Assembly: GCF_046156345.1 (NCBI RefSeq)
Contig: NZ_JAYLVN010000015.1
Location: 87,170 to 111,169, forward strand
Direction: 5' to 3'
Length of the DNA stretch: 24,000 nt
Source of the DNA: Variovorax sp. H27-G14
Lineage (GTDB): Bacteria > Pseudomonadota > Gammaproteobacteria > Burkholderiales > Burkholderiaceae_C
Shown here piece after piece: positions 1-8,750 of the stretch. The first letter of the stretch is position 1, and the number at the start of each line of letters is the position of its first letter. The position numbers and the translations under genes were made by a program. Under the pieces are notes generated by a model that saw only the letters and a program-made list of their open reading frames with translations, was not told where the DNA came from and did not search any database.

Positions 1-485
1 TGCGCTTCGTGGGCCTGGTGGACAGCTTCGTGATGGACGAGAGTTTCGACGCGGGTGATTGGTACGAAGAGCTGCGGCAGTTTGTTGCCGACCTGGCCTA
101 CGAGAGCGCGGGCAAGGCACGGGTCGATGCGTTGCTCGATCGCCTCGAGTCGATCCGCAACGCTTCGGACGCAGTGGTCGACCAGGCCGTGGGCGAGATT
201 TTGACGACGCTCGGCATCGACATGGGCGAGGTCGACGTCGGCGAGCGCATCGCGATGTCGCGCCGTTTCAATGCGGCCACCGCGGCAATGCCCGCGCTGC
301 CGGTGCTGCAGGCGGAGGCGCACGTCTGGTGGAGCAAGGGGCGCACCGCGCAAGACCGCGTGCAACTGCTGCACGAACTGCACGGACGTGCACGCGTGGG
401 CGCGGACGTCGATACGAACCACCAGGGAATCGTGCGCGACGCCGGGCTGTTCGATGCGGTGCGCGAGGCACTCGCGGCAGGCTGA
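1..485 (+). CDS. Hypothetical protein, C-terminal fragment (gene enters from upstream of window)
   Basis: Frame 3 is open from the window edge (RFVGLVDSF...) to TGA at 483-485. Third codon positions are GC-rich. The sequence is acidic and helical-looking with no motif I recognise. Confidence 0.5.
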   Translation, partial: RFVGLVDSFVMDESFDAGDWYEELRQFVADLAYESAGKARVDALLDRLESIRNASDAVVDQAVGEILTTLGIDMGEVDVGERIAMSRRFNAATAAMPALPVLQAEAHVWWSKGRTAQDRVQLLHELHGRARVGADVDTNHQGIVRDAGLFDAVREALAAG

Positions 486-505
486 AAACGGGCCGGCAAA
501 CGATT

Positions 506-537
506 CGGCCCCCGGCGCAAAAAGGCGGCGGGGGCCG
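506..537. terminator. GC-rich hairpin between convergent genes (possible bidirectional terminator)
   Basis: cggcccccggcgc (506-518) pairs with gcggcgggggccg (525-537): 9+3 bp with one mismatch and a loop aaaaag. It lies between the stop at 485 (+) and the stop at 589 (-). There is no clear U-tract. Confidence 0.4.
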
Positions 538-588
538 AGGGGTCGTGTGACAGCGATGAGGAGGCGGCGCGCCTGGCGCCGCGCGGGA

Positions 589-2967
589 TCAGAACTTGTA
601 GCGTGCCGTCATGGTCACCGCGCGTTCGTTGCCGCGGTAGCACTCGCCGTGATAGCAGATGGAGAAGTACTTCTTGTTGAACAGGTTGGTGACGTTGAGT
701 GCGAGGCGCCACGGGCCTGTTTCGTAGTGCACGGCCGCGTCCGCGACGGTCACGCCGCGTTCGTAGGAGGTGTTGTGCTCGTCGTTCTGGCGCTTGCCGA
801 CATAGCGCACGCCGCCGCCGAAGCCCAGGCCGTTGCCCAGGGTGTAGTCCAGCCAGACCGAGGCGGACTGCTTGGGCACCAGCGGCGGGATCTTGCCGAG
901 TTCGTCCGGGTCGGCGCTGTTGAGCACCTTCATGTCCAGCCAGGTGTAGGAGGCCGCAATGTTCAGGCCGGGGGCGAGTTCGCCCTTGGCCTCCAGTTCC
1001 AGGCCGCGCGAGCGCTGCTTGCCGATCTGGCGGCCTTCGAAAGTGACCGGGTCGTACGTCACCACGTTGGTCTTGCGCAGGTCGAACACCGCCGCGGTGA
1101 ACGAGGTGCGCGTGCCTTCGGGCTGGTACTTCAGGCCCACTTCCACCTGCTTGCCGCGGCTGGGCTTGAAGGGTTCGTTGTTGCCGTCCAGGCCGCTGTT
1201 GGGCAGGAAGGATTCGGTGTAGCTCAGGTAGGGAGCCCAGCCGTTGCCCACCAGGTAGGTCAGGCCGGCGCGTCCGCTGAAGGCGTCGTCCCGGTTCTTG
1301 GTGTAGCTGGTGTTCAGGGTGTCGTTGGTGATCGAGGTCACGCGGTCCTGGCGCCCGCCCAGCGTGACGACCCACTTGTCGTCGATCTTGATCTGGTCCT
1401 GCGCATAGATGCCGATCTGGCGCGTCGTTTGCCGGTAGTTCTGCGTCGCCTCGGTGGGCGGGGTCACCAGCTGGTTGTAGACCGGCGCGTACAGATCCAG
1501 GTCGGGCGCGGCGCCGCGGAACTGGCGCGACTTGCCCTTTAGCTCGTTCCAGTCGACGCCGAACAGCAGCGTGTGTTCCGTGATGCCCGCGCGCACCTTG
1601 CCCTGCACGTTGGTGTCGAGCACGCTTTGCTTGAGCGGGTCGTTCCAGGTGCGCGCGATGCGGTAGATGGTGCGCTCGTCCTCGGCGACCGAGTCGGCCC
1701 AGACCACGCGCCGGTCGAGCGCGATGGTGGTGTAGCGAAAGCTCTGGCGCAGCGTCCACTCCGGGGCGAGCTTGGTCTCGAAGCGGTAGCCCAGCGAGGC
1801 CTGTTCCTGCTTGATGCCGCTGAAGCTCGGGTCGCCCATCTTCACGTTGGTGAAGCGGCCGTTGGCGTTGATGTAGTACGGGTCTTCGCCCGAGCGGTTC
1901 TTGAGGAATTCGCCGAACACGGTGAGGGAGGTGTCGGCGTTGGGTTGCCAGCGCACCGATGGCGCCAGATACGCGCGCGTGCGGTTGAGCTTCTGGCCGT
2001 CGGAATAGCGGTCCTGGTCGTTGCTGTCGAGCGAAACGCCCACCAGCCGGTAGCTCAGGTCGGTGTTGCCGATGCGGTCGCCAAGGTCGAAGGCCAGTTG
2101 CTTGCGCTGGAAGCTGCCGTACTGCACCTCGATCTCGCGGATCGGCTCCCCGGTGGGCTGCTTGCTCACGCGGTTGATGATGCCGCCGGCGTCGCCGCGT
2201 CCGAACACCATCGACGACGGGCCGCGCAGCACTTCGACGCGTTCGAGCGCGTAGGGCTCGGTGATGTAGTAGTTGACGCTGAACGGCGTCTGCGCGAGGC
2301 CGTCGCGGTAGCTGCTGTTGTAGGTGTTGAAGCCGCGCAGCAGGATGTCTTCCCAGCCGCGGTTGTCGGGGCCGTACATGCTGGTGGTCACGCCGGGCGT
2401 GTAGCGGATCGCGTCCATGATGTCCTGGGCGCCGCGCGCTTCCATTTCATCGCGCCCGATGATGGAGATCGACTGTGGCACTTCGAGCACGGGCGTGTCG
2501 GTCTTGGTGGCGGTGACGCTGCGGCGGGCGACATAGCCGGTCACAGGGCCGGTGGGCGATTCGTCGGCGTTGGCCACCACCTGCACCGCGGGCAGGGTGC
2601 TTTGCGAGCCGGGAATGTCCGCGGCGCGGCGAACCGCGAAGCCGCCGTTGCCGGTGCGCGTGGCTTCCAGCGTGGTGCCCGCGAGCATCTGGCGCAGAGC
2701 CTGGTCGAGCGTCAGCTTGCCTTGCACGGCGCGCGAACTGGTGCCGGCGACCACATCGCCGGCGGCGAACACCTGCACGCCGGTCTGGCGCGAGAACTCG
2801 TTGAGCGCGGCACCAAGGGCCTGCGACGGCACCTTCACGTCGAACACCTGCGCCACGGCCTGGCCGGAAGCCTGTGCGAAAGCCACGGGGGCGCAGAGGG
2901 TGAGAACCGAACCGAACGCCGCGGCAAGCGCGGCACTCAGCAGATGTTGACGAGGCAGGGGACGCAT
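589..2967 (-). CDS. TonB-dependent ferric-siderophore receptor/transducer with N-terminal STN signalling domain (FpvA/FecA type)
   Basis: ATG at 2967 with GGAG upstream. Signal peptide MRPLPRQHLLSAALAAAFGSVLTLCAPVAFAQA. STN-type domain (VKVPSQALGAALNEFSRQTGVQVF...GKLTLDQALRQMLAGTTLEA). Plug region (PQSISIIGRDEMEARGAQDIMDAIRYTPGV). Long beta-barrel ending in the aromatic ...TARYKF. Confidence 0.93.
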   Translation of the reverse strand: MRPLPRQHLLSAALAAAFGSVLTLCAPVAFAQASGQAVAQVFDVKVPSQALGAALNEFSRQTGVQVFAAGDVVAGTSSRAVQGKLTLDQALRQMLAGTTLEATRTGNGGFAVRRAADIPGSQSTLPAVQVVANADESPTGPVTGYVARRSVTATKTDTPVLEVPQSISIIGRDEMEARGAQDIMDAIRYTPGVTTSMYGPDNRGWEDILLRGFNTYNSSYRDGLAQTPFSVNYYITEPYALERVEVLRGPSSMVFGRGDAGGIINRVSKQPTGEPIREIEVQYGSFQRKQLAFDLGDRIGNTDLSYRLVGVSLDSNDQDRYSDGQKLNRTRAYLAPSVRWQPNADTSLTVFGEFLKNRSGEDPYYINANGRFTNVKMGDPSFSGIKQEQASLGYRFETKLAPEWTLRQSFRYTTIALDRRVVWADSVAEDERTIYRIARTWNDPLKQSVLDTNVQGKVRAGITEHTLLFGVDWNELKGKSRQFRGAAPDLDLYAPVYNQLVTPPTEATQNYRQTTRQIGIYAQDQIKIDDKWVVTLGGRQDRVTSITNDTLNTSYTKNRDDAFSGRAGLTYLVGNGWAPYLSYTESFLPNSGLDGNNEPFKPSRGKQVEVGLKYQPEGTRTSFTAAVFDLRKTNVVTYDPVTFEGRQIGKQRSRGLELEAKGELAPGLNIAASYTWLDMKVLNSADPDELGKIPPLVPKQSASVWLDYTLGNGLGFGGGVRYVGKRQNDEHNTSYERGVTVADAAVHYETGPWRLALNVTNLFNKKYFSICYHGECYRGNERAVTMTARYKF

Positions 2968-3043
2968 AAAAGGGCAACTCCAGTTTTTTGAATTTCGACG
3001 CATTCACATTCGGGTGCGGCCACCGGCCCGACTTCGGGGCTTT

Positions 3044-3068
3044 GGCGCATCTATGAGTAAGACGTTCG
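3044..3068 (-). promoter_or_regulatory. Candidate ECF-type promoter upstream of receptor gene (weak)
   Basis: The minus strand reads CGAACG-N14-GCGCC, the same geometry as the TGAACA-N14-CCGTC pair at 6283-6375. It lies ~77 nt upstream of the ATG at 2967. The -10 deviates (CGCC rather than CGTC). Confidence 0.25.
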
Positions 3069-3132
3069 AACTCATAAAACAGAGACACCTCCCGTCGCAA
3101 TTTTTTTGTCAGCGCGCACGCGCCGCGAAATT

Positions 3133-4434
3133 TCAGGTCTGGATGGCCTCTGCCTCCCGCCGCGGGTGCGGCGCGGCACCGGCCGCTGTGGCCAGCAGTG
3201 CACTGCCGATTTCGCCGGTTCTGACCGAGGTGACCGACAACAGGGTGTCGCTCAGGCCGTGCGAATCCTCGCAGGCGCCCTGCAGGTAGATGGCCGGATG
3301 AAAGTCCGGCGTGGCCTGCAGGCGGTACTGGCGGTCGACCGTGTAGTCGCCCAGGTAGCCCGCCAGCGGCGCGAGCAGGGCCTTGTGCTGATCCCGCGCG
3401 TAGCCGGTGGCGAGCACCACGGCGTCGTAGCGCACTGTGTGCTCGCGCTGGACGTTCTGGTCCCACAGCGTGAGGTGCACCCCCTGGGCGTCGGCCACGA
3501 CGTTGCGGATGTCATGCTGGCGCAGAAAGCGCAGTCGGTTGCCGCCGGTCACGCGCTGTTGGTAGAAGGCCTTGTAGATCTGCTGGATCAGCTCCAGGTC
3601 GGCCACCGCGTAGTTGGTGTGCCAGAACTCGTCGAGCAGCGCGGCGCGCTCCGCCTCGGAGCGGCTGAAGGTGTAGTCGGTGAACTCGGCGTTGAAGATC
3701 TCGTTGACGAAGGGGCTGTCGTCTGCCGGTCGGATCGAGCGTGCGCGCGTGATCAGGTCGACCTGCGGCGCGCCGGGGCGGCCCTGCAGGTCCATGAAGA
3801 TCTCGGCCGCGCTCTGCCCCGCGCCCACCACGGCAACGCGCCGGGCCTCGGCGTGCTTCGCCATGTTCTGCAGGTAGCTGCTCGAATGGAACACGCGCGG
3901 GTCGTTGCGCAGCGTGCGAAAGCCATCGGGAATATTGGCCGTGCCGCCAATGCCGACCACGAGGTTGCGCGTCAGGCGTTCGATGAGCTTGCCCGCGTGG
4001 TTGCGCGAGCGCACGCGCAGCAGCGTCACCTCGCCGCCCGCATCGTGCGGCAGCACCTCGACCACTTCCTCGCCATAGGCGCAGGCATCTTCGAACTGCT
4101 CGGCCGCCCAGGAGAGGTAGTCGTTGAATTCGTGGCGGCTGGGAAAGAAGCTCTTCAGGTTGGCGAAGGCGGTCAGCCGGCCTTTTTGGTGCAGGTAGTT
4201 GACGAAGGTGAAGCGGCTGGTCGGGTTGCGCAGCGTGGCCAGGTCCTTCAGAAAGGAGATCTGCATGTGCGCATGGTCCAGCAGCATGTGCGGATGCCAG
4301 GCGAAGCTCAGCTGCTTCTCGATGAACAGCGCGTCGAGCGGCCGGCTGGCATGGCGCTTTTCCTCGAGTGCGATGGCCAGGGCGATGTTGGACGGGCCGA
4401 ACCCGATCCCGACCAGATCATGGACGTGTGGCAT
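3133..4434 (-). CDS. pvdA: L-ornithine N5-monooxygenase (PvdA/SidA/IucD family flavin N-hydroxylase)
   Basis: FAD motif GIGFGPSNIALA, NADPH motif VVGAGQSAAE, DAVVLATGY and SHGLSDTLLS motifs. It is collinear by eye with PvdA throughout. ATG at 4434 lies 9 nt after GGAG; the TTG at 4443 in the ORF track is less likely. Confidence 0.93.
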   Translation of the reverse strand: MPHVHDLVGIGFGPSNIALAIALEEKRHASRPLDALFIEKQLSFAWHPHMLLDHAHMQISFLKDLATLRNPTSRFTFVNYLHQKGRLTAFANLKSFFPSRHEFNDYLSWAAEQFEDACAYGEEVVEVLPHDAGGEVTLLRVRSRNHAGKLIERLTRNLVVGIGGTANIPDGFRTLRNDPRVFHSSSYLQNMAKHAEARRVAVVGAGQSAAEIFMDLQGRPGAPQVDLITRARSIRPADDSPFVNEIFNAEFTDYTFSRSEAERAALLDEFWHTNYAVADLELIQQIYKAFYQQRVTGGNRLRFLRQHDIRNVVADAQGVHLTLWDQNVQREHTVRYDAVVLATGYARDQHKALLAPLAGYLGDYTVDRQYRLQATPDFHPAIYLQGACEDSHGLSDTLLSVTSVRTGEIGSALLATAAGAAPHPRREAEAIQT

Positions 4435-4524
4435 GAAAATCAACTCCTGTGATGGGGGCGGCGCGCCGTGTGCGGCGGCCTGCCCTGGGCCGTGTGTAAG
4501 AAGACGCTCGGCGGCGCCGGATGT

Positions 4525-5361
4525 TCACGCGTCCACGGTCTCGGCCAGCAGGGCCAGGCCCTGATGAAGCGCCGGGAACAGGCTGCGATTGAAATTGTTC
4601 CAGCGCAGCTCGAGGATGGTGTCCTCGGGATCGATGTCTGTGCCCAGCACGTCGAAGATGACTTCGCCGGAGTCGATGCCGGTGTCCACATAGTGCAATG
4701 ACGCGCCGGTCTTGCGCACCGGCTCGACCGAGACCGTTTCGCGCGTGTGCCAGTCGACCACCCGCTGGCCCCGCGCGCCGTGCAGCGCATCCAGCGTGGC
4801 CCAGGCGCCGCGGCGCTCGAAGGGCGACCCCAGCCGCGTGATGCCCGGGTGGATGTTCACGATCCTGCGAAAGAACGGGCTTTGCGGCCGCGCCAACTGA
4901 TCGAGGATCACCAGCAGCCCGTCGAGCACGACGATGTCGGCGCGCAGTGCGTGCAGGCGATCGAGCAGGCGCTGCTCGAACTCCTTTTTGCCGGCGGCGC
5001 GTTCGGCGGTGGCCTCCAGCGGCAGCCGGCGGTAGGTCGACGGCACGTTGTGAAAGATGTCGTTGACGCGGCGGCCCTGCGCCTGGAGCTCGCCGGGAAA
5101 GATGCACTGGCGCGACGGCGCAAAGCCGAACCCGTAGTCCTGCAGGGCCTTGCGGTCGCGCGGGGAGCCTTCGTCGTCGTCGAACAGCACCGCCTCGAGC
5201 GCGTAGGCGTCGCCCAGCGGCGTGCTGTCCAGGGCTTGCGCCAGCGACTCCAGCGGGGACTTCATGTAGCGCTGCTGGCCCCTGTAGTCGATGTGCTGGC
5301 CGGCCTTGTCGGCCGCCGCATTCCTCAGGGACATGATGTAGACGAGTTTTGCCTTGGGCAT
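4525..5361 (-). CDS. pvdF: N5-hydroxyornithine formyltransferase (PvdF-like, GART fold)
   Basis: N-terminus KLVYIMSLRNAAADKAG...RYMKSPLESL resembles PvdF as I recall it. Formyltransferase motif IVNIHPG. About 278 aa, like PvdF, and adjacent to a pvdA-like gene. Confidence 0.8.
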   Translation of the reverse strand: MPKAKLVYIMSLRNAAADKAGQHIDYRGQQRYMKSPLESLAQALDSTPLGDAYALEAVLFDDDEGSPRDRKALQDYGFGFAPSRQCIFPGELQAQGRRVNDIFHNVPSTYRRLPLEATAERAAGKKEFEQRLLDRLHALRADIVVLDGLLVILDQLARPQSPFFRRIVNIHPGITRLGSPFERRGAWATLDALHGARGQRVVDWHTRETVSVEPVRKTGASLHYVDTGIDSGEVIFDVLGTDIDPEDTILELRWNNFNRSLFPALHQGLALLAETVDA

Positions 5362-5424
5362 GGAGATGGGGAGCTGGGCTCGGTGGGTGGTTGGAAGAAA
5401 AAACGAGAAGGCGCAGTGCTGCGT

Positions 5425-6243
5425 TCAGCGGTGCTTTGGCGACAGCGGGCAGACGCCGCAGTAGCCCTCGCCGGGCAGGAGGTGAAGCAGGCAGCACTGG
5501 CGATGCAGCTTCACGGCCTGGTCTCGGCCCTGGAAGCGCACGCGAATCTCGCGCTGCGGGCCGGGCAGGGGGTTGGCCCAAACCATTTCGACTGCTTCAA
5601 ATGCATCGGCTGCATCGGCTGCATCGGCTCCATTGGCTTCATTGGACGAAGGACTGCCGGCCCCCCACGCCGGGTTGTGCAGCAGTTGCTGGCGGTCGTT
5701 CGCGATGGGCGCCGCTCCACCGGTCAGCGCCAGGGCCTGGTCCAGCACCGGCTCCAGGTTGCGCGCGGCATTGCCCCACAGGATCTTGGTGGCGATGCCC
5801 GTCAGGTGTCGCAGCGCCGAGAAGAGCGGCTCCAGGTGCTCGCGCAGCAGCGCCGAATAGCGTGCCTGGGTGCTTGCGCCCCGCTGCGGCCGGCCCAGCT
5901 CGCGGATGTGAAAGCTCAACGGGTGGGCGTGCGCGTCGAGCCGCACCCAGACCTGATCGGCGGCCATCGGGAACACGTGCTGCAGCACGCTGGCGGCGGC
6001 TGCGGTGGGTGGCAGCAGCGTGCCGAGGTAGCGCAGGCTCCAGGCCGACGCCACCGCGCGCAAGTCGGCGCCCGCTACGCCCAGGTGCGCCGCATGCTGG
6101 CGCAGCACACGGCCCAGCAGGTCGGGCGAGCGCACCAGGTCGGCCACGCGCAGCGCGCCCGCGGGTGGGTGCGGCGCGCATTGCAGCGCCTCGCCGTGTG
6201 GCGCCAGATCACCCCGGAACAGCGGTTCCAGCAGCGCGATCAT
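5425..6243 (-). CDS. fhuF: Siderophore-iron reductase, FhuF family (C-terminal 2Fe-2S motif)
   Basis: C-terminal motif CCLLHLLPGEGYCGVCPL (C-C-x10-C-x2-C) typical of FhuF. Size ~270 aa. Siderophore context. Confidence 0.8.
   Translation of the reverse strand: MIALLEPLFRGDLAPHGEALQCAPHPPAGALRVADLVRSPDLLGRVLRQHAAHLGVAGADLRAVASAWSLRYLGTLLPPTAAAASVLQHVFPMAADQVWVRLDAHAHPLSFHIRELGRPQRGASTQARYSALLREHLEPLFSALRHLTGIATKILWGNAARNLEPVLDQALALTGGAAPIANDRQQLLHNPAWGAGSPSSNEANGADAADAADAFEAVEMVWANPLPGPQREIRVRFQGRDQAVKLHRQCCLLHLLPGEGYCGVCPLSPKHR
5602..5646. repeat. In-frame 9-bp tandem repeat inside fhuF-like CDS
   Basis: tgcatcggc x3 perfect (5602-5628), followed by tccattggc and ttcattgga. It encodes ...NEANGADAADAADAF... 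on the minus strand. Confidence 0.9.
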
Positions 6244-6282
6244 GGCGCGGTCGTGGTGCGGTGTTTTGCAGGGTGCATACAG

Positions 6283-6312
6283 CTAGGACGGATGGACCGC
6301 CCCGGTGTTCAT
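6283..6312 (-). promoter_or_regulatory. ECF-sigma-type promoter for the fhuF-pvdF-pvdA (possibly receptor) transcription unit
   Basis: The minus strand reads TGAACA (6311-6306)-N14-CCGTC (6291-6287)-CTAG. The -10 lies ~45 nt upstream of the fhuF ATG (6243). It is near-identical to the plus-strand site 40 bp away. Confidence 0.5.
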
Positions 6313-6346
6313 GGCGCACGGCGCGATCCACGGTGTGAACCCCAGC

Positions 6347-6375
6347 GTGAACATTTCTGCGGGCCGCCCGTCTAG
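6347..6375 (+). promoter_or_regulatory. ECF-sigma-type promoter for the pvdE-fur-macAB-opmQ operon
   Basis: gTGAACA (6348-6353)-N14-CCGTC (6368-6372)-TAG, with the classic ECF AAC/CGT cores 16 nt apart. It lies ~100 nt upstream of the ATG at 6472. A second GTGAAC sits at 6335-6340. Confidence 0.5.
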
Positions 6376-6471
6376 AGGAGTACAGGCGGCCCGGTCGCCC
6401 TTCGTTCGCGTCGGTGGCAGGGGTTGCCCTGCCACCGACCACAGTCGCCTGCGGGCGGAAAGAGTTCTTGC

Positions 6472-8159
<1,688 letters not shown>

Positions 8160-8163
<4 letters not shown>

Positions 8164-8747
8164 ACGACGGCCTGGAACCCCACGACGCGCAACGCCCGGC
8201 GTTCTTGACGCAACTGCGGGCCGCATGCATCCGGCCGTCGGTCGTGCGGCTGTGCGTGCTGCAGACGCTGGCGGACGCCGGCACCGAGTGGCAGCGCGGC
8301 GAAGAGGTGTTCCGCCGCATGCTGCTGCGTGGCACCTCGGCCAGCCTGACCACGGTCTACCGCATCCTCAAGGAGTTCGAGCATGCGGGGCTCATCGAGC
8401 GCGAATGGGTGCGCAGCCGGGGCGGCGCGCTGGCGGTGTTCCGCTACGCAGCACCCGACGCGCACGCCAATGCCGCGAGTGTGCGCATGCGCTGCAGCGG
8501 TTGCGGCGCCGCCACCGAGGTGCACGACCGCGAACTCCACGAGGCGCTGACCCGCGTGGCGCGGAACCAGGGCCTGCCGCCCAGGGGCACCTTCGACGTG
8601 CAGATCCACGGCGCCTGCGCGGCGTGTCGGCAGGCTGGCGCCTTCGAGTCGTCGAGCGACAGCGGATCGGGCGGTCACGCCAGGATGCTGCCGCTCGCGG
8701 GTTTCCAGCCCCGCCCACGTGCGCGCGCGCAGCGTCTGGCGGCGTAG
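8160..8747 (+). CDS. Fur-family transcriptional regulator, divergent paralog with C-terminal extension
   Basis: ATGA start/stop overlap with pvdE (8160-8163). Winged-helix part (RLCVLQTLAD...SLTTVYRILKEFEHAGLIER) and CxxC...CxxC (CSGCG...CAAC) are collinear with E. coli Fur. The His-rich regulatory site is largely absent. There is a ~50 aa Ser/Arg/Pro-rich tail. Confidence 0.8.
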
Positions 8748-8750
8748 CGG

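Noticed and set aside
98-1759. Long antisense or alternative-frame ORFs overlapping well-supported genes. Examples: 98-1759(-), 271-1542(+), 1573-2991(+), 3106-4452(+), 4418-5581(-), 4747-6375(+), 6283-8226(-), 8070-10373(-), 9656-12118(-), 11719-13464(-), 13602-15080(-), 17542-18870(-), 21331-21951(+) and 23025-23987(-).
   Set aside because: These are typical shadow ORFs of a ~70% GC genome. They are Arg/Ala/Gly/Pro-rich, carry no recognisable motifs, and each overlaps a gene with clear family signatures and GC3-biased codon usage in another frame.
3084-3132. Possible terminator downstream of pvdA (GC palindrome gcgcgcacgcgc next to a T7 run on the plus strand).
   Set aside because: For the minus-strand pvdA transcript the run would be A's after the hairpin, not U's, and the stem has a 2-nt loop. 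There is no plus-strand gene to terminate.
5402-5427. Either a small terminator hairpin (CGCAG-ca-CTGCG followed by a T-run on the minus strand) or a third ECF promoter (TGAACG...CTCGTT) between fhuF and pvdF.
   Set aside because: As a hairpin, the stem is only 4-5 bp with a 2-4 nt loop. As a promoter, the -10 is shifted by 1 nt and degenerate. The two readings conflict and neither is convincing, so it is mentioned only as a weak copy under the promoter finding.
6244-6471. Looked for a Fur box in the fhuF/pvdE divergent region.
   Set aside because: The region is uniformly GC-rich with no AT-rich 19-mer resembling GATAATGATAATCATTATC. Direct Fur control here is not supported by the sequence.
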